Positions 39,201 through 49,000 of a DNA stretch of 64,000 bases are shown here, in pieces. The notes beneath the pieces were generated by a model. That model was not told the DNA's origin. It did no database searches and saw only the letters and a program-made list of their open reading frames with translations. The DNA is from Chthoniobacteraceae bacterium. Lineage in GTDB: Bacteria; Verrucomicrobiota; Verrucomicrobiia; Chthoniobacterales; Chthoniobacteraceae. A program made the translations under genes and the position numbers. Positions within the stretch are counted from its first letter, which is position 1. Each line of letters starts with the position of its first letter. The stretch spans positions 32,001 to 96,000 of the forward strand of contig JBEBGD010000002.1 in the NCBI GenBank assembly GCA_040081625.1, given 5' to 3'.

Positions 39201-40484
39201 TCAGTCCTCAGCCTCTTCGGCGTAATCCTCAATCACTGAGTCTGAAAGGTAATCCAGGTGCTTTGCGGCGACCAAATCACGGACGCTCTCGTAGGTCAGA
39301 TACGTGCAGATGCCGGACAAGGCTCGCCCTTCAAGTAAAGAGAAGACTGGTCGGGAAATCTCCTGGAAGACTTTTTCTCGCTTTGAAGCCGGGGCAACAA
39401 TGTGAAGTTTGATGTCCATGTTCGGCTGCAAGGCGACCAAATCTGCCATGCGCAGGAGCCCCGAGTAGATGGAAGTTGTGTGTTCCACCTCAAACGCTCG
39501 GACGATGGACCGTTTTCTCAGCCAAATCACATCAATCTGCTCAATCGTGCGAAGTGTGAGGTCATCGTAGTTCAAGGGCAAGGTATCCAAAAGCTCTCCG
39601 TCGTTTGCTTTCCACTTTGTGAGCACACGCACTCGATCCGATTTCGGCAGCCAGATCTTCAATCCCATGCGTGATCCGATTTCGGCGAGCATTGCCTGCA
39701 CTTGGAGGCTTTCACGAATTTCGGGATTATCAGTTTCGTGCTGCTCTTCTGGTGCGGTCTTTGTGGGGACAGTGACGGCGACTGTTTTCTTATCGCCTCG
39801 AATAGTCGTGTGGTTCGGTTTCCACAGATCCTTGAACGGTTGCCAATAGCAAAATACTGAAACCGTTCTTGCCGACCCAGCCACACCTGCTGCGTTCAAG
39901 CCGTCGAACAGCATTCTATTGGTTTCCACGATCCGATGGCCCCTGCTCGTCGTGTCCCATTCGAACGGAAGCGTCAGGCCGAGGAAGTTGATCAACGTCC
40001 TCCGGTCATTGAGAGAGATTACGCTCAGATTCTTGAAGGGATCATACGCAGCGAGAAATGCATTCAGTGCGTTACCGCTTTCTCCAGTGAGGTTGTTCTT
40101 CTTACCCTCATTGACAGTGTAGAGCTGATCGATCAACGCTGCTTTCTTTGCCGGATCGGCCTCCCCAAGAATGCTGTTCATCAGGGCTCCAAGAGCCTTG
40201 TCAGATTTGAACTCTGCGAACATGCGCCTCCAAGCGCCCTGTGGAACCATCGCACGAGCCACGGCTTCAGTCTTCTTCGTGTTGCCCTTTCCATTTCGAT
40301 CAAGAATTCGGATCACCGCATCGCACTCATCATCGGTTGGAACTGAAGATGTCGGATTCATCACTCGCTCTGACCAGAAATTGCGAAAGGCATCACTCTG
40401 CTGCCGCCACAACTCGTCTTTGAGCGGCGCATCGTAGTTCGTGAAGAACTCCTTTGCCAATGGAGGAACTTGGGGCTGTGACAT
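39201..40484 (-). CDS. restriction-endonuclease-like protein with an unassigned N-terminal domain
   Basis: C-terminal IDVIW...FEVEHTTSIYSGLLRMADL motif. Confidence 0.7.
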   Translation of the reverse strand: MSQPQVPPLAKEFFTNYDAPLKDELWRQQSDAFRNFWSERVMNPTSSVPTDDECDAVIRILDRNGKGNTKKTEAVARAMVPQGAWRRMFAEFKSDKALGALMNSILGEADPAKKAALIDQLYTVNEGKKNNLTGESGNALNAFLAAYDPFKNLSVISLNDRRTLINFLGLTLPFEWDTTSRGHRIVETNRMLFDGLNAAGVAGSARTVSVFCYWQPFKDLWKPNHTTIRGDKKTVAVTVPTKTAPEEQHETDNPEIRESLQVQAMLAEIGSRMGLKIWLPKSDRVRVLTKWKANDGELLDTLPLNYDDLTLRTIEQIDVIWLRKRSIVRAFEVEHTTSIYSGLLRMADLVALQPNMDIKLHIVAPASKREKVFQEISRPVFSLLEGRALSGICTYLTYESVRDLVAAKHLDYLSDSVIEDYAEEAED

Positions 40485-40602
40485 TGCGCCAGTTCTACCC
40501 GTTGATCACCGCCGCCTCAATCTGATTCGCAGGCAGGTAGCCGGTGCCTTTTTCCTTTTCAGCCGTCGGTGGTGGATTCAGGATCTGGAATTCTCGGCTC
40601 TG

Positions 40603-41679
40603 ATGAATCGTTTCCTCCTGATCTTCACCGCTTGCTTCTGCACGTTCCTGCCCGGCTGGAGTGCTTTTGGAGCGGATGTCACCTTACGGGATGGAACGAG
40701 TCTCCGTGGATACAAAATCACGGCAGTTGAGGTGAACGGCTTGAGAATCAGTCACGCGGATGGGGCCGGGTTGATGGATTACGACGATCTCCCAGGATCG
40801 CTGCAAAAAGCCTACGGATGGACGGACGAGAAATCGAAAGCTCGTCGCGTGGCCCGACAGGAAGAAGCACAAAGACTGCGCTCTCTCGACAATGGCCAAT
40901 ACAGAATCGAGAGACCGCCATCGCCAGCTAAAGGAGCGCCAGTTCCAGCCGCAGCAATCGAAGCCATTGCAAGTCTCGCTGACCCGGCGAAGCTGGCGAC
41001 GCTGGGAGTGCGTGGAGCCAACAGCCGGGTTCAGAAAATCACGTATTGGCTGTTCATCGTGCAGCAGAGTGGTGCGAGACCGGAGCAGGCCATTGATGAA
41101 GCCTTTGCCCGGTTTGGGTGGAAGGGCACACCCCACGGCGAAGAAACGAAAGCAACGATGATTCGCAATCTTGCCCGTGCCTTGTATCTGGGGTGCTGCG
41201 ACGCCAAAGGATTGGAGGATATGCGACGTGGTCAATCACCGACCATTCAGCGAGGATCGTTTGTGGGCGACGAGATGAGCGTGGATCATGTCCTGCCCCG
41301 TGCAGAGGTGCCAACACTGGACAATGTGCTCGCTAATCTTGAGCTGATGCCCATGCGGATGAACAGCGGCAAATCGGCGAAGCTTGGGGAACGAGAGAAA
41401 GTCATGGCACGTCGATTTGTTATCGCAGGGGTGGTGAAACCGGAATTGGTCGCCTGGGCAGGTCCATTCGATGTGAGAGCGTCTCCCGAAACCGTTAAAT
41501 CACCGCCGAACACATCTTCATCCACCTCCACATTTGTCGCTTCGAAGAAGTCCGCAGTCTTTCACAAAGCGGGTTGTGCGTCCTCCTTGGCAATTTCAAA
41601 AGCGAACCTCGCCAGCTACAGCAGTCGAGATGAGGCAATCCAAGCGGGCAAACGTCCCTGCACCACCTGCAAACCTTGA
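40603..41679 (+). CDS. exported protein with an HNH-like motif and C-terminal Ada-type Zn-binding domain
   Basis: Signal peptide; VDHVLP...NL...N-S-G-K; FHKAGC...RPCTTCKP. Confidence 0.7.
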   Translation: MNRFLLIFTACFCTFLPGWSAFGADVTLRDGTSLRGYKITAVEVNGLRISHADGAGLMDYDDLPGSLQKAYGWTDEKSKARRVARQEEAQRLRSLDNGQYRIERPPSPAKGAPVPAAAIEAIASLADPAKLATLGVRGANSRVQKITYWLFIVQQSGARPEQAIDEAFARFGWKGTPHGEETKATMIRNLARALYLGCCDAKGLEDMRRGQSPTIQRGSFVGDEMSVDHVLPRAEVPTLDNVLANLELMPMRMNSGKSAKLGEREKVMARRFVIAGVVKPELVAWAGPFDVRASPETVKSPPNTSSSTSTFVASKKSAVFHKAGCASSLAISKANLASYSSRDEAIQAGKRPCTTCKP

Positions 41680-41759
41680 GGGATGCTTACGTTGAGGTCG
41701 CCAATCTTCAGGTCATGCCAGCGCCAGCGTAGGCAACACCCAGCTAGTCATTTTGCTCA

Positions 41760-42722
41760 GTGAACACCCCAATTGTCATTCTGATGGCTGCGACCGCTCT
41801 TACCACTTTGTCTTGGATGGTGTTTGCTAGCGTTCCGAGATGCATTCGTGCCCGAAGGCTTCGTGAAAACACTCGCACAAATGCTCTTCAGTTGTTCAAC
41901 GCGTATGAGGGCAAGTTTGGCTCCCGTAAAGACGCTCAACGATTCTTAACCGTATTGGGGCTACGCTCGGAAGACAGTGGTGAAAGCGCCTCAGGCGGTC
42001 CGCTGCTCTCGTGGTCTACGAAGAGGCACTTGATGGATCACGAATATGTCGATTCGATTGAGTCTTTTGTGCTCGGCCTGGTGTTGCGACCCTTTACATC
42101 TGCGCTCAAATCATGGGCAAAGGATACTTGGAAAGAGCTTACTTCAGGGAACGAGACTCCAAAATCACAAGAACAATGGCAGTTGGAGCAGCAGCTCAGG
42201 GATGCGCTTGCCCGAGCTGCTGAGATTCAAGCAAGGTATACCCGTCACAAACTTGTGGTGGGAGGTGAAAGTCTCGCAATTGTTGCTGCGTGTCTCGTTG
42301 GTTTTTATGTTCATGACGGCTATGCGGAGAAACCTCAGATCGACGCAGCCTTGGATGCGACCGCCAGCGCAAACCCAATCGCTCCGCAAACTGAAAGCGA
42401 GTCACAAGAGCCGACAGCCTCAAGCTTGGTCGCAAAGACAACTCCACAGCCGCAATCTGAAAGACCCGCTGAGCAGCCATCTACGTTATCAGTTCCAGAA
42501 GCAACGATGGCTCCACGCACTCCAAAGTTCGCAACAGTAGAAGACGCGCAAAAGGCGGCTGTCCTACTCTACCCCGACCTCGGCATCAAAGGCTCGCCGC
42601 TCAACACTGAATTCATCGCCCGATACAGGATACTCAAACAAAAGCAGCCGGATTATTTCAATGATACTGCATGGCCTGTTCTCCTTGTAGAAGAGCTTAT
42701 ACGGACGAAGGATAGCAAATGA
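41760..42722 (+). CDS. membrane hypothetical protein
   Basis: Two TM segments, low-complexity linker. Confidence 0.6.
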   Translation: MNTPIVILMAATALTTLSWMVFASVPRCIRARRLRENTRTNALQLFNAYEGKFGSRKDAQRFLTVLGLRSEDSGESASGGPLLSWSTKRHLMDHEYVDSIESFVLGLVLRPFTSALKSWAKDTWKELTSGNETPKSQEQWQLEQQLRDALARAAEIQARYTRHKLVVGGESLAIVAACLVGFYVHDGYAEKPQIDAALDATASANPIAPQTESESQEPTASSLVAKTTPQPQSERPAEQPSTLSVPEATMAPRTPKFATVEDAQKAAVLLYPDLGIKGSPLNTEFIARYRILKQKQPDYFNDTAWPVLLVEELIRTKDSK

Positions 42723-42835
42723 TCAAAGGCGATGGAGTTTACTTTGTCGGCTCAAGAGCAACGACCACCAGTGCCGCTTTGATGTGCTTTTGATGTAGGG
42801 CTTCATCTGCTCCGATTGTGGAAGCATTCATCACA

Positions 42836-43339
42836 TCAGATCCATTGACTGATCTTTCTGCCGTTTTCGTCGGTCATTCCACCGACCAAGATTACGATGA
42901 AGTCGACTAGAATCCAGAGCCCCAACGCAATAACGATGATCGCGCTAACCACATCGCTAACCGAAGCACTAATGAGCATGCACGTCGTGCCAACAATGCC
43001 AAGAGAGAGCATGATGAAGCCTGAGACCGGATGGCCGCAATAAAAACGGTGTATACCGAGCGTGCCGAAAAAGAAACAAAGTAGAAACGCCGGAAGAATG
43101 CGCTTAGATGATGGTGTCTTGAGCGAGGATTGTGCCGAATATTGGTGGAGGGGTGTGGGCGCAGTCTGAGTTGGTCCCTCCAACTCGTCCGAGATCGTGG
43201 ACAAAGGGATCCACTCGTCGGAGTCAGCATAGCGATATGGAACGTCGCCAGTGATTGTCCCGCTCTTCCACATCGAACGTAACTGCCCCACCGAATAAGG
43301 GCCGTGCTGTTCATCGTTACGGTAGATGTAATACTGCAT
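42836..43339 (-). CDS. GYF_2 + TM2 domain protein
   Basis: YYIYRNDEQHGPY...EWIPL; LGIHRFYCG...W..VD. Confidence 0.88.
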   Translation of the reverse strand: MQYYIYRNDEQHGPYSVGQLRSMWKSGTITGDVPYRYADSDEWIPLSTISDELEGPTQTAPTPLHQYSAQSSLKTPSSKRILPAFLLCFFFGTLGIHRFYCGHPVSGFIMLSLGIVGTTCMLISASVSDVVSAIIVIALGLWILVDFIVILVGGMTDENGRKISQWI

Positions 43340-43398
43340 ACATGAAAAGGTGAGGATGCGTCAGATACTCCGTGCTTAGTCGCAGGCAGATTGAGTGG

Positions 43399-43998
43399 TC
43401 ATCCTCCGTTGGTCTGATCGTCAAAATCCACATGATCCACGCACAATGGAGCTATGGCCTTGTTGATCCTCGTCCGAAAATCAGTGAAATGCTTTCGTTC
43501 TGGTCCTGGTGAGAGTTTGGTCCAACTACCCCATGCAGGAGTAAAAGGAACATTTACTCGCACGAGCAATCGTCTCGCCTTTTGACCGGTAAACTCCACC
43601 GGTTTACAGACCGAGGCCAATTCATCTCCGGCAATGATTGACCAGTTTGTCCGCAATACCTCCATTGCAGCCTCGATCGCTTCAGATAAGGGCTGTTCAC
43701 GAACCGCATATCTGTCTGGTCGATAGTGCTGCTCAGGATACGATGTGGAAAGGTGTTCCACACTGTAAAAGTCGTCGTCCTTCAACTTCGGTATCAGATC
43801 CATCAACCCGCGCTCCTCCGCCCACTTCAGCGTGTGCTGCCATCTCTCCTCCTTGTCTCGATCCGATGAGTAACCCCACCCATTAAGGATCAGCGGCATA
43901 GGCGGCTCTGAGCCTTTATGACCGGCATCTGTCCACGCTTGATGTAATCTCTGATATATCGAATACCAAACTGGGGGAAGAGGACAGACCTTGATCAT
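43399..43998 (-). CDS. hypothetical protein
   Basis: CPLPPVW...PLILNGW motif; ATG at 43998. Confidence 0.7.
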   Translation of the reverse strand: MIKVCPLPPVWYSIYQRLHQAWTDAGHKGSEPPMPLILNGWGYSSDRDKEERWQHTLKWAEERGLMDLIPKLKDDDFYSVEHLSTSYPEQHYRPDRYAVREQPLSEAIEAAMEVLRTNWSIIAGDELASVCKPVEFTGQKARRLLVRVNVPFTPAWGSWTKLSPGPERKHFTDFRTRINKAIAPLCVDHVDFDDQTNGG

Positions 43999-44096
43999 GG
44001 CGTGCATCTGCAAAATGAGTGCAACCCGGTCTTGATGTCCTTACCGGCGAACAGAATTACCCATGCCCAAAGTTGGTTTACGCTGAGTGCTTTCAT
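43995..44096 (-). pseudogene. 5' remnant of an ASCH-domain gene (33 aa)
   Basis: MKALSVNQLWAWVILFAGKDIK; DNA similar to 46890-46955. Confidence 0.7.
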
Positions 44097-44149
44097 TGAG
44101 GAAAAGGTGAATCCGTTTATGCAGATCTGCCGTCAGAGTGCAAGCGCGG

Positions 44150-44500
44150 TCAGTCTCCATCAGGAAAGTTCACATACGGCGCGAGCTTGGCTTTCAGCTC
44201 GTCGATCAAATCTTCACCCATGACTTCGTATTCGTCGGGGATTTGAAGAGTGACGATCTCCTTGCCCTCAAGTGCATCAGGATACTTCTGCCGAAGCTTT
44301 TGCAGGTGCGACTTCTCCATGACGAAGATGATGTCAGCCCAGCCGATGTGACATTGCGTGACGACGATGCGTGCGCCGGGCTGAGTGCCAGCGGAGCGTG
44401 CCGAATATCCCGGTATGCCCTCCATCAGCTTCTCTGCGGTCAGGCTGCGGATCTTGTTCCGGCTACAGATGAATAGGAGCTTCTTCGCGTTCTTTTCCAT
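44150..44500 (-). CDS. low-molecular-weight protein tyrosine phosphatase-like protein
   Basis: CSRNKIRS P-loop, SAGT, IPD. Confidence 0.9.
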   Translation of the reverse strand: MEKNAKKLLFICSRNKIRSLTAEKLMEGIPGYSARSAGTQPGARIVVTQCHIGWADIIFVMEKSHLQKLRQKYPDALEGKEIVTLQIPDEYEVMGEDLIDELKAKLAPYVNFPDGD

Positions 44501-44516
44501 CAGTCAGATCCTCTGC

Positions 44517-44879
44517 CTAGACCGGCGAGCAAAACCAAAGCTTGTTGCCCTCGCTGTCCAGAAAGCTGCCCACGTAGAAGTCGTCGTAAGGCTGAACTGG
44601 ATCTGAGATCACCACACCAAGCGCACGCAGGGCCTTTTCAGTATCAGGTGCATGATCGGTCGCAATGGTCACCCTCGGGTTTGGTTCAGCGGTAGGTGCT
44701 GCATACCAATTCGCTTTCAGCATCAGAATGCTTTGCCCGAGCTGATAACCTACCTGCTCTGTGCCTTCCAATGCAGGAGGTAGCGCCAACGTCACACCGT
44801 AGAAGTGATTGGCTCGGTCGAGGTCTGTGACCGATAGCGCGATTACTTTGACTCGCTGAAAACCAAGTGGCGTGCTCAT
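44517..44879 (-). CDS. VOC/glyoxalase family protein
   Basis: VTDLDRANHFY and FLDSEGN. Confidence 0.88.
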   Translation of the reverse strand: MSTPLGFQRVKVIALSVTDLDRANHFYGVTLALPPALEGTEQVGYQLGQSILMLKANWYAAPTAEPNPRVTIATDHAPDTEKALRALGVVISDPVQPYDDFYVGSFLDSEGNKLWFCSPV

Positions 44880-44884
44880 GTCAT

Positions 44885-45190
44885 TTACAAATCAGGAGGC
44901 AGCGGCGGTGGCGTTGAGGAACGAAGCCGATAGTAAAAAATCAGCGAGAGGGAAAGGATGACAACGCCGACAGGGAAAACAAACAAGCCTGTCGCTGTAG
45001 ACATCAGTGAAATCCCAATGTCGTCAGCGAGGGCCTTTGGATCGGCAATTCCTGAACTGCCAAGCGTCTTGAACGCGCCCATCATACCGATGACAGTGCC
45101 GAGCAACCCGATGAAGGGTGCAAGGGTAAGCAGCGAACCGAGGATGATGCCTGCGATCAAGAGTCTGCGCTTAGTCTTCACTCTCATCAC
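44885..45190 (-). CDS. MotA/TolQ/ExbB-like short membrane protein
   Basis: APFIGLLGTVIGMMGAF...TATGL. Confidence 0.8.
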   Translation of the reverse strand: MMRVKTKRRLLIAGIILGSLLTLAPFIGLLGTVIGMMGAFKTLGSSGIADPKALADDIGISLMSTATGLFVFPVGVVILSLSLIFYYRLRSSTPPPLPPDL

Positions 45191-45548
45191 CTCGGCAATG
45201 CGTGCTCTTAAAGCGCGCCAAACACTTCATCATGTCCGCTTCCATCGCGCAGAAGGCTCGGGCCAAAATGACCAAAGCTGCATCGCTGGAGGATCTGCGA
45301 TAAATGCGGTGCGCAATCAGAACCGTGGCTGCTGATCGAGGATGCCCAATGTCGCGGAGACACGCGGCAATGTCCTCAGCCTTGAAGCCGATCTCGAAAA
45401 ACTCCTCGAAGGTTTTGGCACCGCTCATGAAGGCGACAACAGAGGTGACATGCAGGTATAGGTGTTCCGAGTCAGTAAGGCTCTGCGACCCGTATCGCTC
45501 CCATTTCAAAGCAAGAGCCGTGGCGTAGGTGTCAGATGACGTGGTCAT
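45171..45548 (-). CDS. hypothetical protein
   Basis: Co-oriented ORF in the minus-strand array. Confidence 0.5.
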   Translation of the reverse strand: MTTSSDTYATALALKWERYGSQSLTDSEHLYLHVTSVVAFMSGAKTFEEFFEIGFKAEDIAACLRDIGHPRSAATVLIAHRIYRRSSSDAALVILARAFCAMEADMMKCLARFKSTHCRGDESED

Positions 45549-45561
45549 CGCGCTGGGAGAA

Positions 45562-46794
45562 TCACGATTCTGTAGCTTCCGCCGCCAGAGTCAGCGCAAG
45601 TCGCACTTTGAAGTCTTTGATGTGAGCAATCAGGTTACTCTCTTGGTCTGGAAACGTAAAACGCTTCTCGAATTGCCCACCAGAGTCACTATAATCCGAG
45701 AGTGAGTTCATTTTCTTGAGCATCAGTCGAGCATACCCGTTCTTCCCTTCCCGATCATCACGATCCCAGAACTGAAAGACATACCCTTCCGCGTCTACCC
45801 CAATGTCGATACCAAGGTGCACTTTGTGCCAACGACAACCAGTGAAGTAGGCGTCGTAGTCTTTATAGTTTGCAATCCCGGTAAACGGAGCCAGGTCAGA
45901 TTTGAAAGTATCGATGATCTTCTCTACTCGGAAAAGCACGAGGTCGTCCAACATGCCCATTAAGGAGCGCGCACTCGTGTAATTGTCGCCCTCTTTCATG
46001 AGCTGATAGAATTGATCCATAATAGGCTTGTTCATGGTGTTCTTGCCGAGTTTGATGATGAGTTGGCTGTATTGCTTGAAAATGTGTGCGGCTTCTGAGT
46101 CTAGCGCTGCATCTTGACAAGGCCGCAGCCAACCTTCGAAAAGATCGTCGCCGCTTTCATCGTATGCATTCAGGCACAGAAGTTTCGCTTCGATTTCCGT
46201 TCGTTCCGAGACCGTCCAATCCGTCTTGTCAGGGTGCTGAAGTCGATTTAACCGAAGATAGACAATCGCATCCACTTCGTAGCCTTGATTATTGGCATAT
46301 TCAACGTATCTCGGGAGCTGCCGGGGCATGTCAGCCGCTCCATTGATCTTGTTCTCGATGATGATGGCTCTTTTCGAACTCTCGTCTCTTACTAGAATGT
46401 CGACTCTACCTTCTTCTCGAACGACGGATGCGTTGCTGTAGTTGCAACGGCTGACCTTTGCTCCATGTCGTTTGAGAAAAGCCAAAAAGAGATCCAGAAA
46501 CACTGAACCATCCTGATGCTTGCTGTTTGGGTCCAGTAGTGCCCGAAGCACATCACTGTGGAAGTTCTCTCTGTAGTAAAGCTCCGTGACAATCGCGAAA
46601 AGGTTGAAGCCGAGATCGACATTGCGCCTGGCACGAATGACTTCATACGCCAGCCTGAGCTTGCGGAGATCATCTCGCTTGAGCAGCGCGGTCACGTTAG
46701 AAACGATGCGCTGATTGAATGCGCCGATCTTGCGTAGCAGTAGGGCTTCGGTAGAGATGTCATCGACTGCGGGGATCATGTTCGAGCTTTTCAA
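45562..46794 (-). CDS. PD-(D/E)xK nuclease superfamily protein (start TTG 46794 or ATG 46779)
   Basis: ENFHS...LLDP...H, GRVDIL, IIENK, QLPRY. Confidence 0.88.
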   Translation of the reverse strand: MKSSNMIPAVDDISTEALLLRKIGAFNQRIVSNVTALLKRDDLRKLRLAYEVIRARRNVDLGFNLFAIVTELYYRENFHSDVLRALLDPNSKHQDGSVFLDLFLAFLKRHGAKVSRCNYSNASVVREEGRVDILVRDESSKRAIIIENKINGAADMPRQLPRYVEYANNQGYEVDAIVYLRLNRLQHPDKTDWTVSERTEIEAKLLCLNAYDESGDDLFEGWLRPCQDAALDSEAAHIFKQYSQLIIKLGKNTMNKPIMDQFYQLMKEGDNYTSARSLMGMLDDLVLFRVEKIIDTFKSDLAPFTGIANYKDYDAYFTGCRWHKVHLGIDIGVDAEGYVFQFWDRDDREGKNGYARLMLKKMNSLSDYSDSGGQFEKRFTFPDQESNLIAHIKDFKVRLALTLAAEATES

Positions 46795-46949
46795 ATTCGA
46801 CAGCGCCTCACGACGGAAGCCGAAATATTCCAGAGCCCGAGCATTCCTTTGCGCGGCACTGGGGCATTCAACGGTCGACGGTTCTCGAAGTCTTTACCCG
46901 CGTGGAGGATTGCCCAGGCCCAAGGTTGTTTTACGCTGAGTGCTTTCAT
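46791..46949 (-). pseudogene. internally deleted ASCH-domain gene (52-aa mini-ORF)
   Basis: MKALSVKQPWAWAILHAGKDFENR joined in frame to RPLNAPVPRKGMLGLW. Confidence 0.8.
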
Positions 46950-47002
46950 GGAGGAAGATGAGGCATTCCAAAATTTCGGGCCGGAGGCAAGCGCGGAATT
47001 CG

Positions 47003-47806
47003 CTACCGAACAATAGCGGTCGAGTCTTGCCGTCTCCGTTTGGGCAGAAACTGCCGAAGAAGATCATCTACCGCAGCCTTCGTGTCTGCATCAGCTTCTG
47101 GGTGAGTGAACACTTGATGAACGATCCTCTTCAGCGGAATCGGAATGCGCCTGAAGCGATCTTTGGAGTCTTCAATATAGAAGACTTCCTCCTTTTCAGG
47201 GCTACGGAGAAGGCGAAACTCCCGCTCAAACGCATATGCTGTCGGTTTGTAGAAGAACAGTGTGTTGTTACCGAAGGAGGTTCTCGGAGAATCAAGCGGA
47301 GCATACTTCACAGCCGATTTCATAAGCCTCGTAGGGAGATAGGCCGTGAGTGCTTTGACAGATGTCGTTATCACAACGCTTGAAGCAGATTTGGTGTAGG
47401 CGCACCACATCCGAGATGACTCAGCCCGATTTCGATGCCAGCAACTGATGAACACCACGTTACGGTGGAACTTCTCATAGTCCTTCCTGTTTGTATCTGA
47501 GATCCGATACAAACTGTGAAACATCTCGTCCGATCGAGATTCTCGTTCGTCATTGCCTGGCGTGGATAAACCTTCGAAGGGATCGTTGAACTGATCCGAT
47601 CTGGCGAAATACAGCGTGCCTGTTTTTAGCATGTCTTCAAACTTCGACAGATTCATATAGCGCCACAGGGTTTCGTGCGGCGGAGGAAGCCAGAACGGCC
47701 AATCCTCGGTAGCAATCGGCGCAATTGGCCCAGCGATCTCTCCAGTGAAACGGTTGACGATCGCTCTGCCGATAGGCAGAAACTCAGGTTGTTTTCGCTC
47801 TGGCAT
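47003..47806 (-). CDS. DUF2971-like protein
   Basis: LWRYM, F-N-DPFEG, ISCW, MWCAY, K...EREFR. Confidence 0.8.
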   Translation of the reverse strand: MPERKQPEFLPIGRAIVNRFTGEIAGPIAPIATEDWPFWLPPPHETLWRYMNLSKFEDMLKTGTLYFARSDQFNDPFEGLSTPGNDERESRSDEMFHSLYRISDTNRKDYEKFHRNVVFISCWHRNRAESSRMWCAYTKSASSVVITTSVKALTAYLPTRLMKSAVKYAPLDSPRTSFGNNTLFFYKPTAYAFEREFRLLRSPEKEEVFYIEDSKDRFRRIPIPLKRIVHQVFTHPEADADTKAAVDDLLRQFLPKRRRQDSTAIVR

Positions 47807-47908
47807 AAAGGATGAATGATTGTTGCTCGAGCATCTGTGCTGTTCTATGCGCGATGCCGCCGACCGGGACAGTTGCGGTTAATGCGAGACCATGCAAAGC
47901 ATCCCGAG

Positions 47909-48535
47909 ATGCCAACAAAGTTCCGTCCATGCGTCTTCTGTGCAAGCGGCAATGGAAAAACCGCCGACCACATTCCACCGCTTGGATTCTTTCCGAAGCC
48001 GAGACCGTCGAATCTGGTCACAGTTCCGTCCTGCGAGTCATGCCGAGTGCGCTACCAAGAGGATGACGAGCATGTTCGGAATCTTCTTGTCTCTCTTGCA
48101 CAGACTGAGAATCATCCGGCTATTGAACCCCAGATTGCTGAGGCCCGTAATCGGTCATTTGATTACGCCGTCTCCAAGGCGAAGAGATTGATCAGCATGA
48201 TGCGATTGGTGAAGGTTGGAACAACGGGCAGCACCGCATCGGCGTTTAATCTCGACGATCCAATGCTCGATCGTTTTCTTGAGCGTGTCTGCCGAGGGGT
48301 GCTTTATGACGCCCATCGGATACCCTTCTTTCCAGCAAGCTTCGCTTGGCAACTGATGCCTCCCCACGAGGCTGGTGAACATTTCAATAAAGCGCCCGTT
48401 GAGCTGGCGCGAAAGGAGATCGACAATGTATTCGCCTACATTTGCTCCGACGAGCCGGTGGAGAGTTTTTACTACGTTAGCCTTCGCTTCTACGAGAGCT
48501 TTTTTGCTCTTGGCCGCCTGCAGCCTGTCTCCTAA
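47909..48535 (+). CDS. HNH endonuclease-like protein
   Basis: CVFC...DHIPP...VPSCESC. Confidence 0.75.
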   Translation: MPTKFRPCVFCASGNGKTADHIPPLGFFPKPRPSNLVTVPSCESCRVRYQEDDEHVRNLLVSLAQTENHPAIEPQIAEARNRSFDYAVSKAKRLISMMRLVKVGTTGSTASAFNLDDPMLDRFLERVCRGVLYDAHRIPFFPASFAWQLMPPHEAGEHFNKAPVELARKEIDNVFAYICSDEPVESFYYVSLRFYESFFALGRLQPVS

Positions 48536-48652
48536 TCTACAATGCCCCGTGCTGCGCCATAAACGCCCGCTGTGAAGCCGAAGAATGCAAACAGGGTCAT
48601 GGGCGCGGGAATCGGGGTTTTTCAAAATACTCCGCAGGAACCGAGTGCAGGG

Positions 48653-49000
48653 CTAGATGAGATCCAAAGTCTTCTCCAAGCACCAGTGACGATACATTGG
48701 CTTGTGACCATTGAGAAGCAGATAGAGGTGACTCACAGACAGTTGATGAGCTTTGGCGAAATCTGTCACTCTTTGCCCGACGATGGATTTCGCCCCTGAC
48801 TTGGTATTCACGAGCACTGTGCTGAATCTCTTTCGTCGCCGAGCCACTGATTTGTGAGTCGAACACCAGCCTCGTAATGTCTGGTAGTGACCGCAAGCCA
48901 GACTTTTGGCATTGGAATACCTGATGCCAAAGCGACGGCTGAACTCTGCGACCGTTGAAGTCTTTACAATTTCCCCGGTAGGCGAAATGAAGCGATACAT
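48653..49000 (-). CDS. stand-alone protein with two NUMOD1-like DNA-binding repeats
   Basis: YRFISPTGE...F...G...RGW repeated as LVNTKSG...F...G...RHW. Confidence 0.55.
   Translation of the reverse strand: MYRFISPTGEIVKTSTVAEFSRRFGIRYSNAKSLACGHYQTLRGWCSTHKSVARRRKRFSTVLVNTKSGAKSIVGQRVTDFAKAHQLSVSHLYLLLNGHKPMYRHWCLEKTLDLI

Noticed and set aside
42836..47806. Array of short minus-strand genes as an integron cassette array
   Set aside because: Intergenic gaps are mostly too short and I found no attC box pattern between the genes
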